From NCBI GenBank assembly GCA_039026655.1, contig JBCCLY010000001.1:1-33216 (forward strand): a stretch of DNA of 33,216 nt, read 5' to 3'. Positions within the stretch are counted from its first letter, which is position 1. Each line of letters begins with the position of its first letter. Source of the stretch: Cyanobacteria bacterium P01_C01_bin.38 (GTDB lineage Bacteria; Cyanobacteriota; Cyanobacteriia; Cyanobacteriales; Nostocaceae). Under the pieces are notes generated by a model. It had not been told where the DNA came from, ran no database searches, and saw only the letters and a program-made list of their open reading frames with translations. The position numbers were made by a program, and so were the translations under genes. Positions 1-8,041 of this stretch are shown here, piece by piece.

Positions 1-129
1 AGAATCAAACCTCAAGCAGGTGAAACTTGGAATGATGATTTACGACTTCTTCGCGAACAACTCCGACAAGAAAGGGAAAGACTGCTACAAAGACAAAAAT
101 CGGTTAAGCGAGGTATTGAATTAGACTAA
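1..129 (+). CDS. 3' end of an upstream gene, possibly a plasmid mobilization (relaxase/Toprim) protein
   Basis: Frame 1 is open from base 1 (RIKPQAGETWNDDLRLLREQLRQERERLLQRQKSVKRGIELD*). The P..G..WNDDL motif resembles a Toprim end, and the charged tail ending RGIELD is typical of Mob proteins. Partial gene only. Confidence 0.45.
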   Translation, partial: RIKPQAGETWNDDLRLLREQLRQERERLLQRQKSVKRGIELD

Positions 130-145
130 TACGAAGCGGGGAGCC

Positions 146-263
146 GCACCTGTGAACGCTGCGCTAAAACAGGCGATGCTGTCCCCGCATTCCGCTACAT
201 TACTCGCTTACTAACGTTATTTATTTAATGCGGGGCATCATAACGCCTGTTTTTCACAGGTGC
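146..263. repeat. long nested inverted repeat
   Basis: Arms GCACCTGTGAA/TTCACAGGTGC, AAAACAGGCG/CGCCTGTTTT and CCCCGCATT/AATGCGGGG. Confidence 0.7.
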
Positions 264-627
264 TTTTAAATGTCAATATGAAATTTTTTATACCAAGTAT
301 TACCATAAAAAACTTAAATATTGTATCTTGTAACACCTGCCATCGCACGGTTACGTGCGATAGTACTTAGATATTTAAGATAAAGCAAGTAATATCGATA
401 ACTGCTGTCTACAGAATATTAGCTTTACTAGGAGAGCGAAAAATTTCGGGGGAGATGGTAGGATTTACCCCTCAACTTTTTAACCCTCAATAATTACAGA
501 ATTAGATGTAATACTTATACTTTTTATACTAAATTGATACGTAGTTTTTATTTTCCTCCTGGATAATATTTCTTTTAACCTCGAAAAAATGTGCGAACCG
601 AAAGTTATAAACAACGGTGTAGTTAGT

Positions 628-1665
628 TCACAGAAAAATATCTTCACCCAGGTTTGCTTTCCGTTCACACCAATAGCATTTGCCATAAGTCTGGCTATAA
701 ATGTGATTCTTTTGCAGATTGCATTGTTTTAGCTTACCTGTTGCTATTTCCAAAGCTTTTAACCAGTCTTTAGCGGAGGGTCGGATGCCCGGATTTTTAT
801 GACCATCGTTAAAGCATTTTAAGAATAATTTTTTTAACGATGGATGGACGATATCTAAAGGAATTGTACTAGGGCTTGGTTGGAGGAAACTATTTTTACT
901 ATATAACCAGATACCTTGTTTTATGAGTTCTTCTTGCTTTGGCTGATTTCCTAACCTGTTCCACCGTCCGCTAAAGGGGTGATTACCGCTAAAAAGTAAA
1001 TAGTATATAATTACTGCTAACCGAAAGCGGTCGTGACACTTAGTTTGAGTTAGTATGGAAAATTTTTTCCCTAATAGCTCCGGTGGTGTAAATTCTGATG
1101 TACCTACAGGACAACGGAAAATTTTTTGACTTTTGGGGTCAGTGACTTGAAAAGAGTCAGTATCAATAATCGCAACTTCAGCTTGATTGTTAACAAGAAT
1201 ATTTTTCTGGTTTATGTCACCAATAACACAACCGTTAGCATGAATAATTTTGATAATTGCTGCAAGATTTTGTGCAACTGCGTGCAAATAAAGCCAGTTA
1301 AATCCGGGAGCTATCATTCGCCGTCGCTTACTATTGTAAATCTCAAATATTGGCTTTGCCTTCTTAATTTCTGGCATTAAAAAGCCGACACAATTACCTT
1401 TATTATTGTAAATTAAATCTTGAGGCCAAGCAATAGAAATGTTTCTGGTATTGAGGCTGGAGGTGATAAGTGGATTAGCAATCATCACATTGAGCTTTTC
1501 TACCTTCTCAGTGTCTGGAAAAAAAGTATATATTTTCGCTAAACATCCACTGCGATTTGTCGCCCAAACTTTTCCCTCACCACCTTTAGCAATCATTTTT
1601 GTCAAGCTTATTTGTTTTCGTTTGCTGTCGTGGTAATTTGGCATATTGAATAAGTTAGAAAGCAT
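628..1665 (-). CDS. TerY-P triad Ser/Thr protein kinase (YegI-like) with C-terminal Cys/His ribbon
   Basis: Motifs GGEGKV, AKIY, VIGDINQKNILV, DTDSF and GTSEFTPPE; C-terminal C-x5-H...CYWC. Lies downstream of PP2C and vWA genes. The start may be the later Met (1644). Confidence 0.85.
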   Translation of the reverse strand: MLSNLFNMPNYHDSKRKQISLTKMIAKGGEGKVWATNRSGCLAKIYTFFPDTEKVEKLNVMIANPLITSSLNTRNISIAWPQDLIYNNKGNCVGFLMPEIKKAKPIFEIYNSKRRRMIAPGFNWLYLHAVAQNLAAIIKIIHANGCVIGDINQKNILVNNQAEVAIIDTDSFQVTDPKSQKIFRCPVGTSEFTPPELLGKKFSILTQTKCHDRFRLAVIIYYLLFSGNHPFSGRWNRLGNQPKQEELIKQGIWLYSKNSFLQPSPSTIPLDIVHPSLKKLFLKCFNDGHKNPGIRPSAKDWLKALEIATGKLKQCNLQKNHIYSQTYGKCYWCERKANLGEDIFL

Positions 1666-2705
1666 ACAAAAGTTCTATCATTGGAAATATATCTATAGTT
1701 TTGAATCACAAGTAATAACTTAGAGTTTGAGCGAGTATTATGATGAGATTCTTTGTTTTGTTGCAATGAAGTCGATACAGGCGCTGATGAATTAGAAATA
1801 GAGCGGCTAGATGTTAATGAAGTGATTATTGGTGTTTTAGATACGGGAGTTGGAGGCTTCCATGGTATTGGGCTAGGTTGTGGTGGTATAACTGCTTGCG
1901 GTCTAGAATCGGATGTGCGCGGGTATCTTTCGTAAAGACACAAAAGAAGCGTTTTATCATCATCAGTTCGCGCATTAACTTCTTGAGAATTCAGCCATTC
2001 TCTTAAAGATTTTTGCTCTTCTTCTCTCTCCCTATTTTTAAGCCCTTCTTCAAAAGCATTGAAAAAACGGTGATATGGAATTCCAGTACGAAAATCAATC
2101 GCTAACTTTTCGAGTCCATCAGTTGAAGCACAAACAAATTCTTGCTTACCTTCTAAAACACGTACCTGCATTTTCGACGAAGCATTTGCAGAAGTTACAA
2201 AAGTTGTTTGATTGGCATATTCCCCTTTATCTGGAGGAAACAGTAATTGATAAGGTGATTTCTCAAGTCCTACGACAATGAAACCATCGCCTATCTGCAT
2301 GGCAGCAATCCAATTAGGAGTTGCAATAAATACCAATAAAGTGCAAGCTAAGTCATTTGTCGAACAATTAATTTTTTCTGCTTCTTCGACTAAAGCTTTT
2401 TTTACTTTGGCTAAGGTTCTATCAAAAATATTCTCAGCTTTTTTCTTTGTGATGGGAATAGTAAGAGGCAAATCATACCCTTTTATCTTATAGGATTCGT
2501 AGCATTTTTTGAGATACGAGAGTGCGGTTTTAACTGCTAAGGAAGAACCAACTTCTGAATTTTTAGCGCTACCTGCTCCATCAGCAACGGCACCCACAAT
2601 TACATCCAAGTCCAAAATTTCATAAGAACCGTAATCTTGGCAGGGGGTTTTTTTATTTTGATGACTCGTTCCTGTAGCGGAATTTACTATTGTTTTCCAA
2701 CTCAT
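1608..2705 (-). CDS. PP2C-family phosphatase (TerY-P triad, YegK-like)
   Basis: Motifs GTSH..PCQD, AVADGAGSA, QIGDG, GEYANQTTF, STDGL and TDDDKTL; Pro/Ser-rich C-terminal tail. Confidence 0.9.
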   Translation of the reverse strand: MSWKTIVNSATGTSHQNKKTPCQDYGSYEILDLDVIVGAVADGAGSAKNSEVGSSLAVKTALSYLKKCYESYKIKGYDLPLTIPITKKKAENIFDRTLAKVKKALVEEAEKINCSTNDLACTLLVFIATPNWIAAMQIGDGFIVVGLEKSPYQLLFPPDKGEYANQTTFVTSANASSKMQVRVLEGKQEFVCASTDGLEKLAIDFRTGIPYHRFFNAFEEGLKNREREEEQKSLREWLNSQEVNARTDDDKTLLLCLYERYPRTSDSRPQAVIPPQPSPIPWKPPTPVSKTPIITSLTSSRSISNSSAPVSTSLQQNKESHHNTRSNSKLLLVIQNYRYISNDRTFVCFLTYSICQITTTANENK

Positions 2706-2784
2706 AAATATACTTACCTATATGAAACTCAGAAAAGTTTTTTGTACCACTAAGATTAAAAAGAGCAGGGTTTCCACCGTTCCT

Positions 2785-2931
2785 TAAAAATCTGGGCAAA
2801 CCTTGGTATTTGGGCGGCTTATTGACAAAAATCTCGTATTAATTGAGAATTAATGCCGTCCAAATACCTGTCCCATGAACTCGTTGTGGCTTCACATTGA
2901 TAGGTTTGGGAAAGGTTTGCCCAGACTTTTA
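2785..2931. repeat. nested inverted-repeat element (MITE-like or structured RNA) between the vWA and PP2C genes
   Basis: Outer arms TAAAAATCTGGGCAAACCTT (2785-2804) / AAGGTTTGCCCAGACTTTTA (2912-2931); inner arms GGTATTTGGGCGGC / GCCGTCCAAATACC. Confidence 0.65.
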
Positions 2932-2991
2932 TAGTTTTCATGTAGGGGAAGAATGACCTGTTAAGAGTTCTCTATACCCTGCTCCCTAAAA

Positions 2992-3654
2992 TTAGGTAGA
3001 GACTTCTCCCCATCCCACAGGAGGAAGGGACAGAGTTTGTGTGGTTCCTGCTTGGCTATGAGAGACCTGCGTCAAAGACTGACTTAGCCAAAGGAACATC
3101 GATTTAAAATCTAAACCATTGAGTAATAAAGGTGGGCGTTGTGGGGAAGCTATTTGACTTAAAGTATTCATATCTGCACCCTCTACACCAACCGCGAAAA
3201 AGCAGACTTCCTGACTTGTTTCACCATTTCTGACAAGCTGTGCAGCATTTTCCCAGCTATCAGTGGGCGCTCCATCTGTAATTAAGAAAATCCAAGGACG
3301 GTAATATAAAATACCGTTGTTCTTGTAATTTTCTTTTCGGTCTCGAAGCAAATCGAAAGCATACTCAATCGCTCCTCCCATTGGAGTATCCCCTTCAACT
3401 TCAAGAACTGGGGGCACAAATTTGTCAATTGTGACAAAATCCTGAATTACGTTAACTGGACCAAATGAGATGATGGACAACTCTACTCTCAGAGATGCAA
3501 GTGCGTCCTGCTCTACTGACTGTTTAAATGTAACCAGTCCTTTATTCAACTCATCAAGGGGGTCGCCCTCCATAGAATAAGAATTATCCAATAATAGTAT
3601 TACTGGGCAACGTGGCTCTGGATTGTTAATAAATTCGGGTTGTCCTACTGGCAT
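2992..3654 (-). CDS. TerY-like vWA domain protein (YegL-like)
   Basis: Motifs NPEPRCPVILLLDNSYSM (MIDAS DxSxS), GDTPMG, YYRPWIFLITDGAPTD and FFAVGV. Confidence 0.92.
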   Translation of the reverse strand: MPVGQPEFINNPEPRCPVILLLDNSYSMEGDPLDELNKGLVTFKQSVEQDALASLRVELSIISFGPVNVIQDFVTIDKFVPPVLEVEGDTPMGGAIEYAFDLLRDRKENYKNNGILYYRPWIFLITDGAPTDSWENAAQLVRNGETSQEVCFFAVGVEGADMNTLSQIASPQRPPLLLNGLDFKSMFLWLSQSLTQVSHSQAGTTQTLSLPPVGWGEVST

Positions 3655-3683
3655 ATTTCTAATTTCCTAGTTTGATTTGTGTT

Positions 3684-3720
3684 TCTACTTGTATTAGTCA
3701 AATTCAAGCTATTATTCTGC
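3684..3720 (-). promoter_or_regulatory. bipartite motif copy A (putative alternative-sigma promoter) upstream of terY-like gene
   Basis: Minus strand GCAGAA-N14-TGACTAAT-aca-AGTAGA. Confidence 0.65.
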
Positions 3721-3785
3721 AAGGCAGGTTCAATTTTTTTAGAAGACTAAAGACAAGAGCAATTTACAATGTCTGTTTGATGTCC

Positions 3786-3823
3786 TCTACAATTAGTTAG
3801 TCAACTAAGTTGAAATTTTCTGC
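3786..3823 (-). promoter_or_regulatory. bipartite motif copy B
   Basis: GCAGAA-N14-TGACTAAC-taatt-GTAGA. Confidence 0.6.
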
Positions 3824-4054
3824 ATTCACAAACAAATAAGTTAAACTTTGTTGTTACTGAAATTCCCGATTGTTTTTCTATCCACCAACTATTTTTTAGT
3901 GAATAAAGGTTTTCTTCTTCCACATGAGTTTTTTCGGAATTTCTGACTAATTAGAGGACAAGGCAATAAATGCTTGCTTGATGTCCTCTAAAATTAGTTA
4001 GTCAACCAGACCAACTTTATCTTCCCAACCCCCTGCAGTAGGATGGGTTAAGCC

Positions 4055-4786
4055 TTATGCTTCACTACTACCAAACCATTGTTTAAGCTTCTTCTTAGCA
4101 GCTTCTTCATGTTCGGGGGTTACATACATCTCAACCGCTACTAAGGCTGCTGCTAAAACACCGAAATCATCCGTATATCCAACACCAGGAATCATATCAG
4201 GTGTAAAGTCTAGTGGGAGGATAAAGTAAGCCAAGGATGAGAAAATAATAGCTTTTGCCCAAGCAGGAACATCCTCTGACTGAGTTGCGTAGTATAAAGT
4301 TAATGCTTTGTAAATAACATCTTTCCCTGCCTTGAATGCGTTCTTGCTCAGTTTGCGCCAAAAATTCTCTTCATCATAGTCAGGAAGAGTCTTTTTATCT
4401 AAGCTTAGTAGCTTTTGAGGCGTAACAAAATTTTGTTCTGATGGAAAGGCATCTGTTTCTTCTTGAGTACTAAACATAGCCCAACATTTAGATACTTCAA
4501 AAGCCTGTTTTAAGCTAGTAAAACCATTCTTAGAGTCATAGACAATGTGACCATCGCCCGAAATATTGATATTTTTCAGGCTGTATTTAGAAGCATTTTC
4601 TGGAGAGACAACGAGTACTTGATAACGATTGTCGTCATTATAGACAAACATCTCGAATTCTTCATTACTCGATTGGTTTGGGAAAGTGTATAACCAACCT
4701 GTAAAACCGTTTAATTTCGTTTTTCGTGTATTGCGTGGGAACTTTTTAGCAATGAATTGTTCGTCTTCGAGCATAATATCCACCAT
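4055..4786 (-). CDS. YkvA/DUF1232-family protein with an extra N-terminal domain
   Basis: C-terminal FWRKL...KAGK..IYKALTLYY...AKAII..LAYFILPLDFTPDMIPGVGYTDD signature. Confidence 0.85.
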   Translation of the reverse strand: MVDIMLEDEQFIAKKFPRNTRKTKLNGFTGWLYTFPNQSSNEEFEMFVYNDDNRYQVLVVSPENASKYSLKNINISGDGHIVYDSKNGFTSLKQAFEVSKCWAMFSTQEETDAFPSEQNFVTPQKLLSLDKKTLPDYDEENFWRKLSKNAFKAGKDVIYKALTLYYATQSEDVPAWAKAIIFSSLAYFILPLDFTPDMIPGVGYTDDFGVLAAALVAVEMYVTPEHEEAAKKKLKQWFGSSEA

Positions 4787-4873
4787 AATTTTTGCGATAA
4801 AAACAGTAGTAGGAGGGTTAAGGAAAAAGGATGCTGCCGTTACTTAAAAAAGTAACTATCTAAAAAACAAGCC

Positions 4874-4910
4874 TCTACTTTTATTAGTTCTGTTTTGAAA
4901 AAAATTCTGC
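4874..4910 (-). promoter_or_regulatory. bipartite motif copy C upstream of the YkvA fusion
   Basis: GCAGAA-N14-GAACTAAT-aaa-AGTAGA. Confidence 0.6.
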
Positions 4911-5173
4911 ATTTTGATTGTTTTTTTGAGAAGGATTGAATCCGGAAGTTTCATGTGCGGATAAAATGACCGTCCCAGGGAAGCTAGAACCCTTAGTTAT
5001 CGTAGAAATACAGGAGCAAGTGATTTTATTCAACTCTCTCAAATGCGCTTCCACGAAGGACTCAACAATCCCCTTCGTCTTGCAATGAGCCGAATACTTC
5101 ATTCCACTCGATGCGGACATATTGTAAGTAACTTGCCGGAAATCATTTACTCATTAATCCAAGTCACTCAAAG

Positions 5174-5209
5174 AACTTTATGAACTAAATAAATTGAGTT
5201 CATAAAGTT
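5174..5209 (-). terminator. hairpin downstream of the 486-aa gene
   Basis: 13-bp perfect stem AACTTTATGAACT/AGTTCATAAAGTT. Confidence 0.45.
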
Positions 5210-5277
5210 GACCTCGGTTGGAGAATATTTCAAGATATTTCGTTAGTGATTTGTCTCTAAATGGATGCATTTATGCT

Positions 5278-6738
5278 TTAGATTTTCCTTTTAATCCACA
5301 ACCGTGTTAGGAAAGCTAAGAACAAAGTAGCTATAATACTCCAAAAAGTTGATGACACTATCAAATGTGGAGGTTGTTTGATATCGACTATCATGGGTTT
5401 GTCAATGTGTGCTGAAATTGAAGCAGCAGCTATTCCACCACCACCTAATGCTACACCAACTACTTGAATAGTATCTTCTAAAGACTTTTCGCGTTCGATG
5501 TTTTCTTCCTCTAATTTAGCTTGTTCTATTTCTACCATCCCCCTAATAGTTTCAGTCATTTGTTTAAATAAGTTGTTCGCGGGGGTTAGATATGCTAAAT
5601 CTGTATTGATTTGTTTAATATAGGTATTTTGAGCAAGTTTGGAGAAGCTTGATAAAAATTCTAAATCATTTTGATTGTAGAGTTTTTCAATTTTGTCAAA
5701 CTGTAGACGATAATTTTTAAGACTAGCTTCGATAGTCGTTTTATGTGCTTGTAAATCTCTTATATAACGAGCATAGTCAAAAGATAATTCTGGCACTTCT
5801 ATAAGCAATTGCTGCAATCTTTGAAGATTATTTCTGATGTTATGTTTAATTTGACTAAATTCATTAACTATTTTTTCTAATAAGCTGTATTCTTTTCTAG
5901 CTTGCTGATTGCATAAAATCGCTTTATGGCGTAAATATTTAATTTTGTTACGGCAAAGCAAGAGGTTAATTAAGGGGTAATAGTATTCTCCATTTTCTTC
6001 ATGCTTAGTAGTTTCAGGATTAGTATTTAGCCAAATTAAAATATGACACTGTTGTTGAGGAGAATCAGCATCATTATTGTATTCAAATATGGGACTGCCC
6101 AATAATTGCCCTTGACTTTGGCAATATATTTGTAGCTCTTGAAATTTTTCTTCTGTAATTAAAGCTTTGACGCAATCGTCAGCAAAGTTTTGTAAAGATT
6201 CTTCGTCTTCAAATTCTTCTAGAGTTTTGGCGAAGAATACCAATGTTTGCCCTAATGAAGAGTTAATATTATTAGGTAGTAAACAGTTATCCTTATTTAG
6301 TCCTTTTAAATCAGCAACTTTTACATAATTATCTGGATGTAGCTCTGTTGAATGAGTTTCGTTTACTTTTGTGTTGGAATAACGTAGAGTTAAATCAATA
6401 GCATAGGTGTCTTGAATTTGTAGGGGATTAACTTCGCCGCTTAAAATTAAATTCAAGGGTAAATTATTTTTATTTTCTTCTTCGGTGAAGGATAAAATAC
6501 CTTCTGGGAGTATTTCTCCAGTGATACTAGTCTTTTGATTATTTATTTTTTCAATTTTTGTAGGTAAATTTTCTAGTTCGGGTACGTTGAGTTGCTGACC
6601 AATTTGCTGGCATTTTAGCCATAAGTAATTGGTATTTTTTACACTAGTCAATGGTTCGCGTGCTAGGTTATCCTTAAGATGAAAGGCGTAGAGAGTTAGT
6701 TTTGGATTTGCTAGCTTTTCTTTTGAAAGATAATTCAT
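5278..6738 (-). CDS. hypothetical protein with coiled coil and two C-terminal TM helices (CHAT-locus associated)
   Basis: 486-aa ORF; helical region followed by hydrophobic segments VVGVALGGGGIAAASISA and IVSSTFWSIIATLFLAFLT. Confidence 0.8.
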   Translation of the reverse strand: MNYLSKEKLANPKLTLYAFHLKDNLAREPLTSVKNTNYLWLKCQQIGQQLNVPELENLPTKIEKINNQKTSITGEILPEGILSFTEEENKNNLPLNLILSGEVNPLQIQDTYAIDLTLRYSNTKVNETHSTELHPDNYVKVADLKGLNKDNCLLPNNINSSLGQTLVFFAKTLEEFEDEESLQNFADDCVKALITEEKFQELQIYCQSQGQLLGSPIFEYNNDADSPQQQCHILIWLNTNPETTKHEENGEYYYPLINLLLCRNKIKYLRHKAILCNQQARKEYSLLEKIVNEFSQIKHNIRNNLQRLQQLLIEVPELSFDYARYIRDLQAHKTTIEASLKNYRLQFDKIEKLYNQNDLEFLSSFSKLAQNTYIKQINTDLAYLTPANNLFKQMTETIRGMVEIEQAKLEEENIEREKSLEDTIQVVGVALGGGGIAAASISAHIDKPMIVDIKQPPHLIVSSTFWSIIATLFLAFLTRLWIKRKI

Positions 6739-6916
6739 GGTAGAATAAAAATTATATAAGTTTTCAAATTAACGAGCAAATAAAAAACATTTAAAGGTTC
6801 TAATAACGAAGTTAAAAGTAGCCTCCAAATGCTTTTAGTTACGGTGTATAGGGGCATAGTTCTCTCAACCAGGGTTAATCCTTGCAAACAAGTTTTGTAG
6901 TTGATGAAATATTTGA

Positions 6917-7210
6917 CTATAGATACCTTCTAATTTTTGGCTGCGGGTTAATCCTGCGTTGCTGACTAAAGCCGTCTGAATATATATCTGTTTCTAAGGT
7001 AGGTATCTCTATTTCAAGTCTGTGACCATTAATTAGTGTCTTTGTCTGTGTGGAATCGATTTCGTCAGGTAATTTAGATGTATCAACTGGTGTTGCGGCG
7101 ATTATGACAGCCGACAATATTCCTATAAGATACATTTTTACCAAGGACCAATATTTCCTTAAAAACTTAAATACGGGATGGTTCAAGTAACACTGTTTTC
7201 CTTTTATCAT
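6917..7210 (-). CDS. small hypothetical protein, possibly secreted
   Basis: Internal MYLIGILSAVIIAA resembles a signal or hydrophobic N-terminus; start uncertain. Confidence 0.45.
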   Translation of the reverse strand: MIKGKQCYLNHPVFKFLRKYWSLVKMYLIGILSAVIIAATPVDTSKLPDEIDSTQTKTLINGHRLEIEIPTLETDIYSDGFSQQRRINPQPKIRRYL

Positions 7211-7346
7211 GTTTTAATCCCTGCAATTGATTGTCATTTTTTTCGACCAGAGCGATAAATTTTCTGAAGTGCTATTTTCTTTTGCATTTTTAGCATCAGC
7301 TCGTCCTTTTGATGTTTTCCTCGACGTTGAGGGTCGTTTGTTACTT

Positions 7347-7475
7347 TAAGTAAGTGAACAAAAATATTTACCGTCATTGTGAACGAAGTGAAGCAATCCT
7401 AGCCCTTGCGATTGCTTCGTTTCACTTCGTTCCACTCGCAATGACAATGTGTAATTAATTATGTTTAACTACTTA
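7347..7475. mobile_element. MITE-like palindromic element
   Basis: Imperfect terminal inverted repeats (TAAGTAAGTGAACAAAAATATTTA / TAATTAATTATGTTTAACTACTTA) enclose GTCATTG..GAAGCAATC..GATTGCTTC..CAATGAC, a widespread REP-like palindrome. Confidence 0.6.
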
Positions 7476-7504
7476 TGTGCTTTGCAGAGTGATTCTCGTT
7501 GTTT

Positions 7505-7542
7505 TCTATAATTAATTAGTCAAATAGAACCAAATTTTTTGC
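7505..7542 (-). promoter_or_regulatory. bipartite motif copy D
   Basis: GCAAAA-N14-TGACTAAT-taatt-ATAGA. Confidence 0.5.
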
Positions 7543-7714
7543 TTTTTTAATTCTAATTTTGAGAAGATTAGAAGAATCCTTAAGCGCTTGATTCAATCCC
7601 ACGCAAGACAAGCGCCTTCTTGTCCGTGCTGAAAACGCAAGAAGGCGTTTGCCTTGCGCCGGACGATTGCTTACCTATCCGACGAACGTTTAACAGCAAT
7701 ACCTCTACTTCGAT

Positions 7715-8041
7715 TTATGATAAATCTTGTTTAACAAAATTGATAATGTACTCTTTATCAAGTTTGTATTTAGGAATATCTGTACTTAAGAGTTTTCCTC
7801 CTGGCGCTTTTTCTCCTACTTCTTCAAATTTAGCTAAAGCTTCATCTACTTCTGGATGTTCAAAGCACCAACCGGAAATAGCATCGGATAAAGATTCAAT
7901 ATCATTTGCTTGCTTCTGAATCAATTCCATTAGTGTAATTCTATCTTCTTCTGAAAACAAAGAAGGCTGAGTTTTTAGAAGATGAATAAAAAGATTAACA
8001 GTTATTTCATAATCAGACATGGTATTTCTCCTATTTTCCAA
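7715..8041 (-). CDS. small helical protein coupled to the TPR-CHAT gene
   Basis: About 101-108 aa, abutting or overlapping the CHAT stop; probable start MSDYEIT. Confidence 0.75.
   Translation of the reverse strand: MENRRNTMSDYEITVNLFIHLLKTQPSLFSEEDRITLMELIQKQANDIESLSDAISGWCFEHPEVDEALAKFEEVGEKAPGGKLLSTDIPKYKLDKEYIINFVKQDLS

Noticed and set aside
4884-5120. 78-aa ORF
   Set aside because: No recognisable motif or RBS, and its 3' end overlaps motif copy C; unsupported.
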